Positions 11,235 to 20,746 of a stretch of 64,000 nucleotides of DNA are shown here, in pieces. The notes below the pieces were generated by a model that was not told the origin of the DNA, made no database searches, and worked only from the letters and a program-made list of their open reading frames with translations. A program made the translations under genes and the position numbers. Position 1 is the first letter of the stretch. The number at the start of each line of letters is the position of its first letter. The stretch comes from an uncultured Gammaproteobacteria bacterium (GTDB lineage: Bacteria > Pseudomonadota > Gammaproteobacteria > JABCZS01). The stretch spans positions 896,001 through 960,000 of the forward strand of contig CAWKDC010000001.1 of the NCBI GenBank assembly GCA_963848305.1. Reading direction: 5' to 3'.

Positions 11235-12107
11235 CTACTGTTTGTTGAAATATTGAAAAAACTCGCCGTCAGGAGACAAGACAAACAAGTCATCGCCGCC
11301 TTGGAAAGCATCCTCGTAGGCTGATAAACTGCGCGTGAACGCGTAGAATTCAGGATCTTTGCCATAACTTTGGCCATACACTCTCGTGACCTTGGCTTCA
11401 GCTTCACCGCGAATTTTACGGGCTTCACTTTCAGCCGTCGCGACAGTGATACGCGCTTCTTCATCTGCTTTGGCACGAATCTCTTCCGCGCGACGTTCAC
11501 CATCTGCACGGTGCGCAGCAGCAACTTGCTCGCGCTCTGCGCGCATGCGTTCAAACACGGAGCTGGACACTTCTTCGGGCAAATCAATCCGCTTGATACG
11601 AACATCCACAACCTGAATACCCAACGATTCAGCGCTTTCATTGATCTGTTTACTCAACTCTTTCATGATCGTATCGCGGTTTTCACTCACCACTTCACTG
11701 ATTGTGGAACGACCAAATTGGGCACGTAGACCGTCAGATACTTTTTGTTCCAACAAATCTTCTGCACGGGTAATATACCCCCCTGTTGCTTTGTAAAACT
11801 GCGCGAAATCTGAAATACGCCACTTCACAAATGAATTCACTAACACGTCTTTTTTCTCAACAGTGACGATGCGAGAATCTAAAATGTCCAACGTTTGAAT
11901 GCGTGCATCCAGCGTGATCACCTGTGAAATAATGGGCAATTTGACGTTCAAGCCAGGCTCATACAACTTTGCCTTACCCTCTTTGTCTTGCAACAACTTT
12001 CCAAGCACCGTCACCAAACCACGCTCAGTTTGCTTGATCGTAAAGGTACTGAAAAAGACAATCACCAATAAGACCACCACGATGACTGGCCAAGATTTTT
12101 TCAACAT
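11235..12107 (-). CDS. hflC: FtsH modulator HflC
   Basis: SPFH domain, VVDVRIKRIDLP, RMRAER, DPEFYAFTRSL. Confidence 0.93.
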   Translation of the reverse strand: MLKKSWPVIVVVLLVIVFFSTFTIKQTERGLVTVLGKLLQDKEGKAKLYEPGLNVKLPIISQVITLDARIQTLDILDSRIVTVEKKDVLVNSFVKWRISDFAQFYKATGGYITRAEDLLEQKVSDGLRAQFGRSTISEVVSENRDTIMKELSKQINESAESLGIQVVDVRIKRIDLPEEVSSSVFERMRAEREQVAAAHRADGERRAEEIRAKADEEARITVATAESEARKIRGEAEAKVTRVYGQSYGKDPEFYAFTRSLSAYEDAFQGGDDLFVLSPDGEFFQYFNKQ

Positions 12108-12131
12108 AGTATTCGCTCCCACAAAAATGAA

Positions 12132-13262
12132 TCAGCGTGTGCGGCTGGCACGTGCACTGCTGGATACTGCGGCTTCTTGGCCCAGGTTCTTATTCAAGTC
12201 CACTGGACTTGGCGTACCGACTGAAGGCGGCGCCTCCGGTAGCGTCGTTGGTGTACGGCCCTTCAAGAGCTGATCCAATGGTAAATACATCATGGCATTC
12301 GAGCCTTTATTATCCACCATGATTTTGGGGGCATCCGCCAATATCCCGGAAATGGTATCAAGGTACATTCTGCGGCGTGTGACCACTGGTGCTTCTTTGT
12401 AAGCTGACAGCAATGCATCGAAACGAGCAACGTCACCAGCTGCGCGCAGCGTGGTTTCCCCGGCATAGGCACGTGCATCCGCTAGAATGCGTTGCGCATG
12501 TCCAAGGGCAATCGGCAAGATCCTCTCGCGATAAGCTTGCGCCTGGTTGATCATGCGCTGCTCGTCTTCTTGCGCCTTGATGGCGTCATCAAATGATTCT
12601 TTAACTTCTTCGGGCGCCCGTGCAGGTTGCATGGCCACGTCTGTGATGGTCAGGCCTGTGCGATACAGCTGCAGGGTTTGTTGTAACTGCTCACGAATGG
12701 CATCACGAACTTTAGCACGCTGTGCCGTTAAAATTTCGTCGAGGGTGGAGATACCCACGATTTGACGGATGGCACTGTCAGCAGCTTCTTCTAAGCTGTA
12801 AGACGGATCGACGACACTGAACAAATAATCTTCCAGGTTGCCGACTTTATACTGCACGGTCATTTCGACAAACACGATATTCTCGTCTTTGGTCAGCATC
12901 CGGTTGCGGTGGCGTGATGTATGGATTTCGTCGACATTGACAATGGTTTTAGAACGAATAATTGGAGGTAGCCAATGTGAGCCACGACCGACTTCCTTCA
13001 CGAACTTGCCAAATTGAAACACGGCTGCACGCTCTGGCGGTTTCACGATGTAAATACCTGAACCCACGTAAAATAATACCAATGCAATCAGCGCAATGCG
13101 AAAAGCGCCTGAGAAGCCATTGCCTCCAGTCGATGACGCAAAACCAGGCTTACGGCCAAACAAACCGTCGAGCTTGCGCTTGAAGGCCAGTAATACTTTA
13201 TCAAAATCGGGGGGGCCAGCTTCGCTGCCGCGCCAAGGATCGTTGTTATTTGCCACGAGCAT
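12132..13262 (-). CDS. hflK: FtsH modulator HflK
   Basis: DPW...GPPD N-terminus, MLTKDENIV, FDDAIKAQEDE, RRMYLDT. Confidence 0.93.
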   Translation of the reverse strand: MLVANNNDPWRGSEAGPPDFDKVLLAFKRKLDGLFGRKPGFASSTGGNGFSGAFRIALIALVLFYVGSGIYIVKPPERAAVFQFGKFVKEVGRGSHWLPPIIRSKTIVNVDEIHTSRHRNRMLTKDENIVFVEMTVQYKVGNLEDYLFSVVDPSYSLEEAADSAIRQIVGISTLDEILTAQRAKVRDAIREQLQQTLQLYRTGLTITDVAMQPARAPEEVKESFDDAIKAQEDEQRMINQAQAYRERILPIALGHAQRILADARAYAGETTLRAAGDVARFDALLSAYKEAPVVTRRRMYLDTISGILADAPKIMVDNKGSNAMMYLPLDQLLKGRTPTTLPEAPPSVGTPSPVDLNKNLGQEAAVSSSARASRTR

Positions 13263-13342
13263 CTCCCATGTGGTGAATATGACAGGGTGGATGATAGCAT
13301 AAATAGAAAAAGGAGGATCAACCCATGCTATTCAAAAACCCG

Positions 13343-13389
13343 CCCCCTTAGAAAAAAGGGGGCGACTCGCAAAGCGAGTGGGGGATTTT
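13343..13389. repeat. Palindromic element CCCCCTT..AAAGGGGGC-hairpin-GGGGGATTT (copy 1)
   Basis: Same architecture as the reverse complement of 26490-26539; lies between hfq and hflK. Confidence 0.55.
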
Positions 13390-13411
13390 AAATAAGTGCG
13401 CAGCCACCTTT

Positions 13412-13702
13412 TTAGAACGATTCGTCTTCAAACGTATCTGGCAACCCTTCAACGCTGACCGCATCACCCTGACCACCGGCACCAGCGCCACCCATTCTCA
13501 CGTTGCGGGCAGGCACGACGGTCGAAATAGCATGCTTATAAACCATTTGGCTCACGGTGTTCTTGAGCAAAACAACAAACTGGTCAAATGATTCCACTTG
13601 GCCTTGCAGTTTAATGCCATTCACCAGATAAATAGAAACGGGTATCTTTTCTTTACGTAAGGCGTTCAAGAATGGATCTTGTAATGTTTGCCCTTTAGAC
13701 AT
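13412..13702 (-). CDS. hfq: RNA chaperone Hfq
   Basis: [18 protein letters not shown]...[10 protein letters not shown]. Confidence 0.98.
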   Translation of the reverse strand: MSKGQTLQDPFLNALRKEKIPVSIYLVNGIKLQGQVESFDQFVVLLKNTVSQMVYKHAISTVVPARNVRMGGAGAGGQGDAVSVEGLPDTFEDESF

Positions 13703-13806
13703 GATTTTTCTCCCAACACAGACAACTTATTTATTTTACTCATCACCCCTTAAAAAAGGCGAATCAAAAACGTTAACGGATAATAACATACTTTTTAAGA
13801 AATGGT

Positions 13807-14076
13807 CTAGAATTCCACATACTCTGGTGTACGCGCCTTCCGAATGCTCCAACGGGCACCCCACCCCAGCACGGTAGTTGACGCGCCGAATATCACGCCT
13901 GTCGCCATATGGGTGTGTTTGGGCTGGTCGTCTGTGAACCAGGTGTCATTGCACAACTCCCCTAGCCATTTCGAGAGGGCGCCGGCAGCCACATAATCAT
14001 TCCCAGCAAATAGGAGAGACATTGAGACCATCGACACAAAAAAAATGAATGTCTTCTTCCTGTTAGGCAGCATCAT
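13807..14076 (-). CDS. Small hypothetical membrane protein
   Basis: ggaga RBS before MMLPNRKK; two hydrophobic segments; overlaps the PAP2 stop. Confidence 0.5.
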   Translation of the reverse strand: MMLPNRKKTFIFFVSMVSMSLLFAGNDYVAAGALSKWLGELCNDTWFTDDQPKHTHMATGVIFGASTTVLGWGARWSIRKARTPEYVEF

Positions 14077-14698
14077 ACGCGGATCTCCTGATGAAATATA
14101 GGGATAAAAAGAATACACCCAACACCAGGGCATAACCGGCCATGACATCACTGAACCAATGCCGGGAGAGGCCAATGCGCGCGAAACCAACCAACACGGG
14201 AATGACAATCAACCCCCAACGAGTGAAACGTGATAAAGTCACGTACTTTAACCTGTCCATAAATAAGTATAAACCGCACCATAAGGTCGTTCGAACCACA
14301 TGCCCACTGGGAAAAGAATCTTGTTCGGCGTTATAAGGCACTGGTCGGGGAGAGTTGACAATGTCTTTCATCAGTAGCCCCAGTCCCACCACCACGACGG
14401 CGATTGCCACGCCATAAAAAAGCGCCTTCCATTCCCGCTTGATCGCCAATATCAACAGTAATAACGCTAAGGCCGGATAAAACACTGAGGTTTTACCCAA
14501 AATAGCAATGAAAGTCAATGTTTCACTATAATACCTCGCCCAGGGCGAAACCGCATCGGGAGAAGCCAGCATTGACTGTTGAATGAAATGATTCAACGGA
14601 GCGGTGAAACTGTGCAGATGAGCGGTGTCATACCAGGCACCGGCAAATACCAGAACACAGAGGAAGAACCCCCACAATAAACGGTTTGATGTATCCAT
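14063..14698 (-). CDS. PAP2-family phosphatase
   Basis: KDIVNSPRP, SFPSGH, ARIGLSRHWFSDV motifs. Confidence 0.9.
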   Translation of the reverse strand: MDTSNRLLWGFFLCVLVFAGAWYDTAHLHSFTAPLNHFIQQSMLASPDAVSPWARYYSETLTFIAILGKTSVFYPALALLLLILAIKREWKALFYGVAIAVVVVGLGLLMKDIVNSPRPVPYNAEQDSFPSGHVVRTTLWCGLYLFMDRLKYVTLSRFTRWGLIVIPVLVGFARIGLSRHWFSDVMAGYALVLGVFFLSLYFIRRSAYDAA

Positions 14699-14715
14699 AC
14701 GTCTTCTCAGCTCCT

Positions 14716-15279
14716 TTATGCCAATGGGGCGTTGACAATCACTTCAACGCGTCGATTAAGTTGTCGTGCAGCATAACCATTACCCTCAACCATCGGTTGA
14801 CGATCGCCGACTCCTTCCACCCTCACAATACGACCGGCAGACACACCCGCCGTCGTTAAATAATCCGCCAAACGGCGTGCTTCACGCAAGGACACGTTTG
14901 CTTGCATCGCAGCACTCATCGTGCTGTTGGTGTGACCCACTACTGCAATCGTTACATTGGGATAAGCATTCAATAAATCCACGATGTGATTCAACACCAC
15001 ATAAAAATCTGGCTGTATGACCACATCAGGCACGGTTTCTACAAATAATTTATCTGAAGGTAAAATCAAATGTGTGCCTTCGCGACTGTCAGCAATGAAA
15101 ATACCGTATTGGAGTAATGTGTTAAATTGATTGCCTTGCTCCACAATCACGCCCTCTGCCACACCGCGTTGTAAAGCAGGCTTTTCACTTTGAATCGCGC
15201 GACCGGGCGCACAACCCGTGAGGATCAATATCGATAACACCGAAACGATGCTACACAAACATGGCTTTGACGAAATCAT
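14716..15279 (-). CDS. icmN: OmpA-domain lipoprotein IcmN/DotK
   Basis: Lipobox LTGC, LILPSDKLF, VVGHT, NRRVEV; located in the Dot/Icm operon. Confidence 0.65.
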   Translation of the reverse strand: MISSKPCLCSIVSVLSILILTGCAPGRAIQSEKPALQRGVAEGVIVEQGNQFNTLLQYGIFIADSREGTHLILPSDKLFVETVPDVVIQPDFYVVLNHIVDLLNAYPNVTIAVVGHTNSTMSAAMQANVSLREARRLADYLTTAGVSAGRIVRVEGVGDRQPMVEGNGYAARQLNRRVEVIVNAPLA

Positions 15280-15943
15280 TTTTCAAATTCTCCCACCATT
15301 CATTCAGTGTTTTCGGACCGGGTGTGCCTTTATCAAACGTTGGATCATAAAATTGCAAATAGGCCAACGTATAATTCAATACGGGGTTGATGATGGTACG
15401 ATCAAGCCCGTTACGTACAAATCCTTGATTTGAAACAACCAGTAACACGCGGCGCGATGAGGGCTCGATCAATTTCACTTCGAACGAAAAAGTGGCTGTG
15501 TCGCCGGGATCACTGGAGCGATTGTTCAGTTCGACTTCCATGATCAAAAAATGTTTTCCATATTCGTCTAACAAGGAATTGATAGGCAACGGAGTTGAAA
15601 CATCCACCCAATCTTGATCATTCACGCGTTGCGTAGGTTCTAACGCCTGCTTATTGATATAAACCGTGGGTTGACGCGTGATCACTTGATCAAAAAACCC
15701 TAAATGCTTGACCGCTGTCATGATGTAATCTTGATACTCAGGCCAATTCACCACACCATGCATTTGAACATCCACATAAACAAGCGGCTTATACACGTGA
15801 GTATCCAGACTGTGGTTGACGGCCACACGAACAGGCGCATCCGATGCTGCAGGCAAATACCCCACTGTGTCAGGATCGATTGGACTGAACATTGTCACGC
15901 AACCTGTTAATATCAACGCGATCAACATCATGCCTCTTTTCAT
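15251..15943 (-). CDS. Hypothetical lipoprotein within the Dot/Icm operon
   Basis: Lipobox LTGC; directly follows icmB and overlaps icmN. Confidence 0.7.
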   Translation of the reverse strand: MKRGMMLIALILTGCVTMFSPIDPDTVGYLPAASDAPVRVAVNHSLDTHVYKPLVYVDVQMHGVVNWPEYQDYIMTAVKHLGFFDQVITRQPTVYINKQALEPTQRVNDQDWVDVSTPLPINSLLDEYGKHFLIMEVELNNRSSDPGDTATFSFEVKLIEPSSRRVLLVVSNQGFVRNGLDRTIINPVLNYTLAYLQFYDPTFDKGTPGPKTLNEWWENLKNDFVKAMFV

Positions 15944-15945
15944 CG

Positions 15946-18900
15946 CTACCTCCCCTGAAAATCAGCAAAACGTGGATTGGTACGATAATTCTCCAGAATT
16001 TCATCGAGAATGGTTTGCAAAATACTTTTAATGGATTGCTCGTTTAACAAGCCCGTGTCTTTTAACTCGACCATACGGCGCTCAACCACAGGCGCAATGG
16101 TGCCTCCTGGATACATGTTCGATAAAACACGTCTCGCGATACGCGGCCCGATACGATCATACAGTTGATTACGAATATACGCATCTTCTGCCGTGGTTGA
16201 AAAAGCCCATAATTCAACAGGGCCGATCGTGTTCGTCAATAAATGGGTATGCATGCCTTCTTTCGTGGCGAATTGTGCGAGGAATGTACCACCACCTTCT
16301 CGTGAACCATGCACCCGATGACGTAAGGCATATTTGGCGGTTTCGGATAAACCAAATATTTTCGCAGATTTTTCGATGGCTTGCGCAGGCGCATCCATGA
16401 TAAAAATTGACGTGGCGAATTCAACCATGACTTCATCAAAATCATCAAGTGATTGCGATAACAATGCTACTTGCACTTTCCATTTGCGACCTTCACGCAT
16501 ATCCACAACGACTTGATCGCGAACCGCTTTTGCTTTGGATGTGCGGTGAAATTCATCCATCACAATGCGTTTATGATCTTCGCGGATTTCCATCACGCGG
16601 CCACGGTGATATGCACGATATGCTTCAGGCATGTCTTGTACATTTTCTACTGTCAGATAATAATCTCTCGCCATGATATACCGTGCCAACATGTACATCA
16701 CCGCCGTTTGACGATCCGCTGCCTCGCCACCGGTTTTAGCGACTTCATCCAAATCGAGGGATACGACGCGCGCTTCCCCCAAATCAAATTGTGTGGGCCG
16801 CGCCAAAATCGGGTATTCACGAATGGCGCTAGAAATCATGCGATTGAAGGCTTCCACCAAACTTTCACCCGTGCTGATTTTCACGCGACCAAATAAATCA
16901 CTGATTTCAGGAATGCGACATATCGTGCCCGCATCTGCCAGTAAGGGACTTGCGTAACGCTGCGCAAGCATGGCTTCATGAATGTACCCTTTCGCAAATA
17001 ACGCATCGGTGATTTCCCACCAAGATGTATGTGAATCAATGTTCATCCCCAGCGTAGGCAACAGTGCATCAATGCGTTTTTCAATTTCAGGCGCATAACG
17101 GTTGGGGCTCAATTTATCAGAAAAATTCTTATACATTTCATCGATGACCATGCCCACCATATCCGTCATGCCATCATACGTGCGTTCCGATCCCAAAGGC
17201 GTTACCAATAAAGCAATAAAATTCACAAGAAAACTGCGCTCAATCGGTGTCGGAAAGCGTGCACCCAATTGGGTATCAAACGGATTGATGGAATATTCTT
17301 CTTGCATGCGCAATCGGTGATAAGCCGCCAAATGTTGCTTTGTCTTCGGCAATGCTTCTTTGATCAAAGAAATTAAGCCAGAACTCGACGGACCAATATC
17401 AATGATTGCAATGCGTGGCAAACGTTGCTGCCCAGGATTCAAACATAAAGCCAAATTAATGGCATTCGATAGAACTGATTTACCCGAACCCGGCCGCGCG
17501 TACACCAAATCGATCCACGTAGTTTGCAAGGAAGAACCCGGTTGGAAAGGCCAGGGTTTGCCATCGGGTGAACGAAATAGTAAAGCGCCATGTGTCCAAG
17601 GTGAGGCTGGTCGCGTGATAGGCAACATGTAGGCCACATCCGTCAATGGAGCGACAGAAGGTGTTGAGATGCAACTGGACGTCAAGGCCAAGGCGCTTGA
17701 TAAAGTGGCGCCGTATGCATCACCCGAAATTTCAGCCACTTCACAATGTCCCCACCCTTGCACTGCTTTCGCCAATTCGGCGGCACGGATTTTTAATAAG
17801 GGTAGGTTGTCAGAAGGCGCCCAGGTGCAGAGAGCTACCTGCAATTTCACAACTGCATCGTCAGTGTTCGTTTGTATAAAACTGAGCACATTTTTCGCAT
17901 CCGAAATTAACCGATTATTTTCACCGGCGAAACTTAAAATGGCGGCCAACGTGCCTTTCAATCCGAGCGAGGTGAGCCCATTGCTGGTCATCATGAAAGA
18001 AATGCGCCAGGGAATATTCGCCGCCACAGCACGATTGAATAATTGGGTGAATGATTTCACTTCCTTCGGAAATAAATCGATGAATAAGGGCGCAAAAATC
18101 GTATCACCAATACGCGCATATTTTAATGAAATATTTTCGCCATCTCTTGGCAGCAACTGCAATGACAGGGCAGGCCACATGATTTCAGAGGCATCATTTT
18201 TCAATCCCTGCAAAACCCGCACAGGAATGCGATCTCCGGGCAAATAGGGTTCCCATTCGCGGGCAGTGAATTTAGCATCAATCGACATACGTACTTGTGT
18301 AAGCGCAGTATGTACATCCAATAAATGGATGGTCAGCCCCAATGATTGTAATTCGTTCAGCATGGAGCGCACATAAGATTCATGTGATTCTCGCAATTCT
18401 GGAATCGATGCGAATAAACTTTGAGCATAACGCATGCCAGGTAATTTCTTTTCTTTGATCGTCGCATATTTTTTATCGTTGGCGGCCTTCAATTGTTGTT
18501 CGGATATCGCTGTCGGAAATGTCCACAAAACTAAAAACGTTTTTTCTTCCGAACAATAGCGCGCCATTGTTTTTTCACGTTCAGCAAATAAATCATCAAG
18601 CGATAATTCTAAACGCTCGGCTGTTTCGTACGCACCTGAAAAAATTTCTTTGATATTTCCGATGATATCTTCGTTATCATACGTGAACATCATTTGAGCG
18701 CCATATCCTGGCCGCGACATCGCGGTAGTCAACGCATGGGCCACGCCTTCATGCAAGCGCTGAAATTCTTCGCCGCCCACCATGAATTGTGCCCCTTCAA
18801 TGCGGAACATGCTGAGCATGCCCCCATCGCGGGTGACCAATGTATGACGATTATCTACCGCTTCTAGATCACAATATGACGCTGCGGTGGCTTTGAAAGC

Positions 18901-18963
18901 TCCTGAAATCCATTCGAGTAATGTGTCGATTGAACTGAGGATCGGTTCCATGATCTCAGGCAT
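15946..18963 (-). CDS. icmB: T4BSS ATPase IcmB/DotO
   Basis: 1005 aa; ARPGSGKS Walker A, IIDIGPSSSGL, DEFHRTS, DMREGRKW, ELWAFSTT. Confidence 0.95.
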   Translation of the reverse strand: MPEIMEPILSSIDTLLEWISGAFKATAASYCDLEAVDNRHTLVTRDGGMLSMFRIEGAQFMVGGEEFQRLHEGVAHALTTAMSRPGYGAQMMFTYDNEDIIGNIKEIFSGAYETAERLELSLDDLFAEREKTMARYCSEEKTFLVLWTFPTAISEQQLKAANDKKYATIKEKKLPGMRYAQSLFASIPELRESHESYVRSMLNELQSLGLTIHLLDVHTALTQVRMSIDAKFTAREWEPYLPGDRIPVRVLQGLKNDASEIMWPALSLQLLPRDGENISLKYARIGDTIFAPLFIDLFPKEVKSFTQLFNRAVAANIPWRISFMMTSNGLTSLGLKGTLAAILSFAGENNRLISDAKNVLSFIQTNTDDAVVKLQVALCTWAPSDNLPLLKIRAAELAKAVQGWGHCEVAEISGDAYGATLSSALALTSSCISTPSVAPLTDVAYMLPITRPASPWTHGALLFRSPDGKPWPFQPGSSLQTTWIDLVYARPGSGKSVLSNAINLALCLNPGQQRLPRIAIIDIGPSSSGLISLIKEALPKTKQHLAAYHRLRMQEEYSINPFDTQLGARFPTPIERSFLVNFIALLVTPLGSERTYDGMTDMVGMVIDEMYKNFSDKLSPNRYAPEIEKRIDALLPTLGMNIDSHTSWWEITDALFAKGYIHEAMLAQRYASPLLADAGTICRIPEISDLFGRVKISTGESLVEAFNRMISSAIREYPILARPTQFDLGEARVVSLDLDEVAKTGGEAADRQTAVMYMLARYIMARDYYLTVENVQDMPEAYRAYHRGRVMEIREDHKRIVMDEFHRTSKAKAVRDQVVVDMREGRKWKVQVALLSQSLDDFDEVMVEFATSIFIMDAPAQAIEKSAKIFGLSETAKYALRHRVHGSREGGGTFLAQFATKEGMHTHLLTNTIGPVELWAFSTTAEDAYIRNQLYDRIGPRIARRVLSNMYPGGTIAPVVERRMVELKDTGLLNEQSIKSILQTILDEILENYRTNPRFADFQGR

Positions 18964-19591
18964 TATTCATCCCTCCAGGCGCAAAATCTTCCGTGGTTAA
19001 CAACTGCGGTATCACCGATCGCGACCAGTACTGTATCTGTTCGCCGAATGGTTTTGCACTGGGCAACAAGCGCACATATTTCATGACTTCCATGTATTTA
19101 TTGGGATCAATATTGGGTGTATCGACCAGTGATTGTCCAAACACTTCATAGTCGCTGGATCCCTTGCCAAAAATCTCTTCAATCGGTTCTGAAAATTTAA
19201 CCATATTTCGGTATAAGGCTTTTGCTGTTTCTGCAAAAGCAGATCCGCTGTCCATCGCACAAAACAATACCCGAACCAATTGGTTCAATTGCACTTGCGT
19301 GAGGTGCGGCAAATAAATCAGTTTGTGGCCTAATCCTTGTGCGCCCAAGAATAAACAGTGGGCGCACAATGAACAGGCGGTGACTAAATTACTGGGCACA
19401 TTGTGCCGATAATTGCCATCGAGATTCACAATTTCTTGAAAACGTTTTCCTTGGTAACCACAAAATTGGCAGCGATAGTGATCTCGCTGCCAAATTTTAG
19501 GGGCATTTTGCTTGAAAGATTCCTGCTGACGGCGCCCAACGAATGAGCGCCACCCTTCAGGATTTGCCCGCAAGACCAAGGGATGCGGCAT
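18956..19591 (-). CDS. icmJ: IcmJ/DotN (HNH-like zinc-binding)
   Basis: RDHYRCQFCG...NLVTACSLCAHC, LIYLPHLTQVQLN. Confidence 0.9.
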   Translation of the reverse strand: MPHPLVLRANPEGWRSFVGRRQQESFKQNAPKIWQRDHYRCQFCGYQGKRFQEIVNLDGNYRHNVPSNLVTACSLCAHCLFLGAQGLGHKLIYLPHLTQVQLNQLVRVLFCAMDSGSAFAETAKALYRNMVKFSEPIEEIFGKGSSDYEVFGQSLVDTPNIDPNKYMEVMKYVRLLPSAKPFGEQIQYWSRSVIPQLLTTEDFAPGGMNNA

Positions 19592-20016
19592 TATTGCGAC
19601 CCACCAAAAATGCTTTCAGTTTGGTTTGCACTGCCCGCACCTTCTGTGGTACCAAATATCGTCATACCGGCTGTTTTGATCAGCTGTGGTAACCAAATCA
19701 ACGCCGCTGCAATAAACACGAGCGCAATGGGTTGACCCAATTGCACTTGTTGTGGATTGTCCTTATATTGCTTGAATTTCATGATCGCAGCACCCGCAAA
19801 ACCAATGCCGCCGATGTAGCATAATGAAATCATCACCAACTCAACCGCACTCAAGTTGCTTTGCACGTTTTCTGCCAACGTACCTAAGTTTGTTTCCTGT
19901 GCGAAAGCTGCCACGAAAGCAGACCCCACAAACAGGAGTAAACCACTCAATGTGGCATACACATGCTTCAGCGGTATGCGTTTTGTTAACAATGTAAACA
20001 TATTCATCTCCTTCAT
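19591..20016 (-). CDS. icmD: IcmD/DotP
   Basis: YIGGIGF...MKFKQYKDNPQQVQLGQP. Confidence 0.85.
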   Translation of the reverse strand: MKEMNMFTLLTKRIPLKHVYATLSGLLLFVGSAFVAAFAQETNLGTLAENVQSNLSAVELVMISLCYIGGIGFAGAAIMKFKQYKDNPQQVQLGQPIALVFIAAALIWLPQLIKTAGMTIFGTTEGAGSANQTESIFGGSQ

Positions 20017-20027
20017 TCCAACGATAT

Positions 20028-20537
20028 CTAGCCGAAACCAAACGTGTTAAACAACACTTCAATCACAGCACCCATGTGAAAAGCCAATACACCCCCCACA
20101 ATGTGGGTAATGCCTTTGCCCACAATACCTTGCGGCGCGCCTTGTTCGCCCGCCTTTGTTAAAAAGTACCATCCACGGATAAACGAGATCAGACCCACAA
20201 TGGCCATGATATTTAACAGTATATTCCATATTTCGAGATAATCTGCATCCAAGTTCGGTGTATACGCAGTGGGGCTTGCACTGCCCCATAACGTGGCTGT
20301 TAACGCATCCAACATCACAGGCCACCAAATCAGTGCCACACCGGTGATGATATTCATCAGAGGAGCGCCCATTTCCATGGGATGAAACATTTGCGTGCGT
20401 TGATCAGAAGAATTATGGAACTTTCTGATGCCAATCATGATGAAGATAACCCCGGTCACATAGCTGATCGAGGCGACCAATCGCGCAATGGGGTCTAATG
20501 ATTCCCCCAGATTGATGAGCATTTGCCATAAATCCAT
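20028..20537 (-). CDS. icmC: IcmC/DotE
   Basis: LVASISYVTG, VGLISFIRGW, KGITHIVGG; gene position between icmG and icmD. Confidence 0.85.
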   Translation of the reverse strand: MDLWQMLINLGESLDPIARLVASISYVTGVIFIMIGIRKFHNSSDQRTQMFHPMEMGAPLMNIITGVALIWWPVMLDALTATLWGSASPTAYTPNLDADYLEIWNILLNIMAIVGLISFIRGWYFLTKAGEQGAPQGIVGKGITHIVGGVLAFHMGAVIEVLFNTFGFG

Positions 20538-20624
20538 CCCGCGCTCCAATCATAACCGTTCATTACCAACCGAACGTCTCTATTTGGCCAATCTCGCGCG
20601 CAAATTCTACGTCGAAATGCAGCT

Positions 20625-20648
20625 GGGCACAACATGTTGCGCCCCTAC
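20625..20648 (-). repeat. GTAG-type REP palindrome
   Basis: Minus strand GTAGGGGCGCAACATGTTGTGCCC. Confidence 0.65.
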
Positions 20649-20746
20649 ATTTATGCGCTTTCTCCTCGAATTATCGCGCGACCTTGTCTCAAATATAGCC
20701 GTTCTCCATTAAAGCATATTTCCCTCTGAACGCTTACTCACTATCG

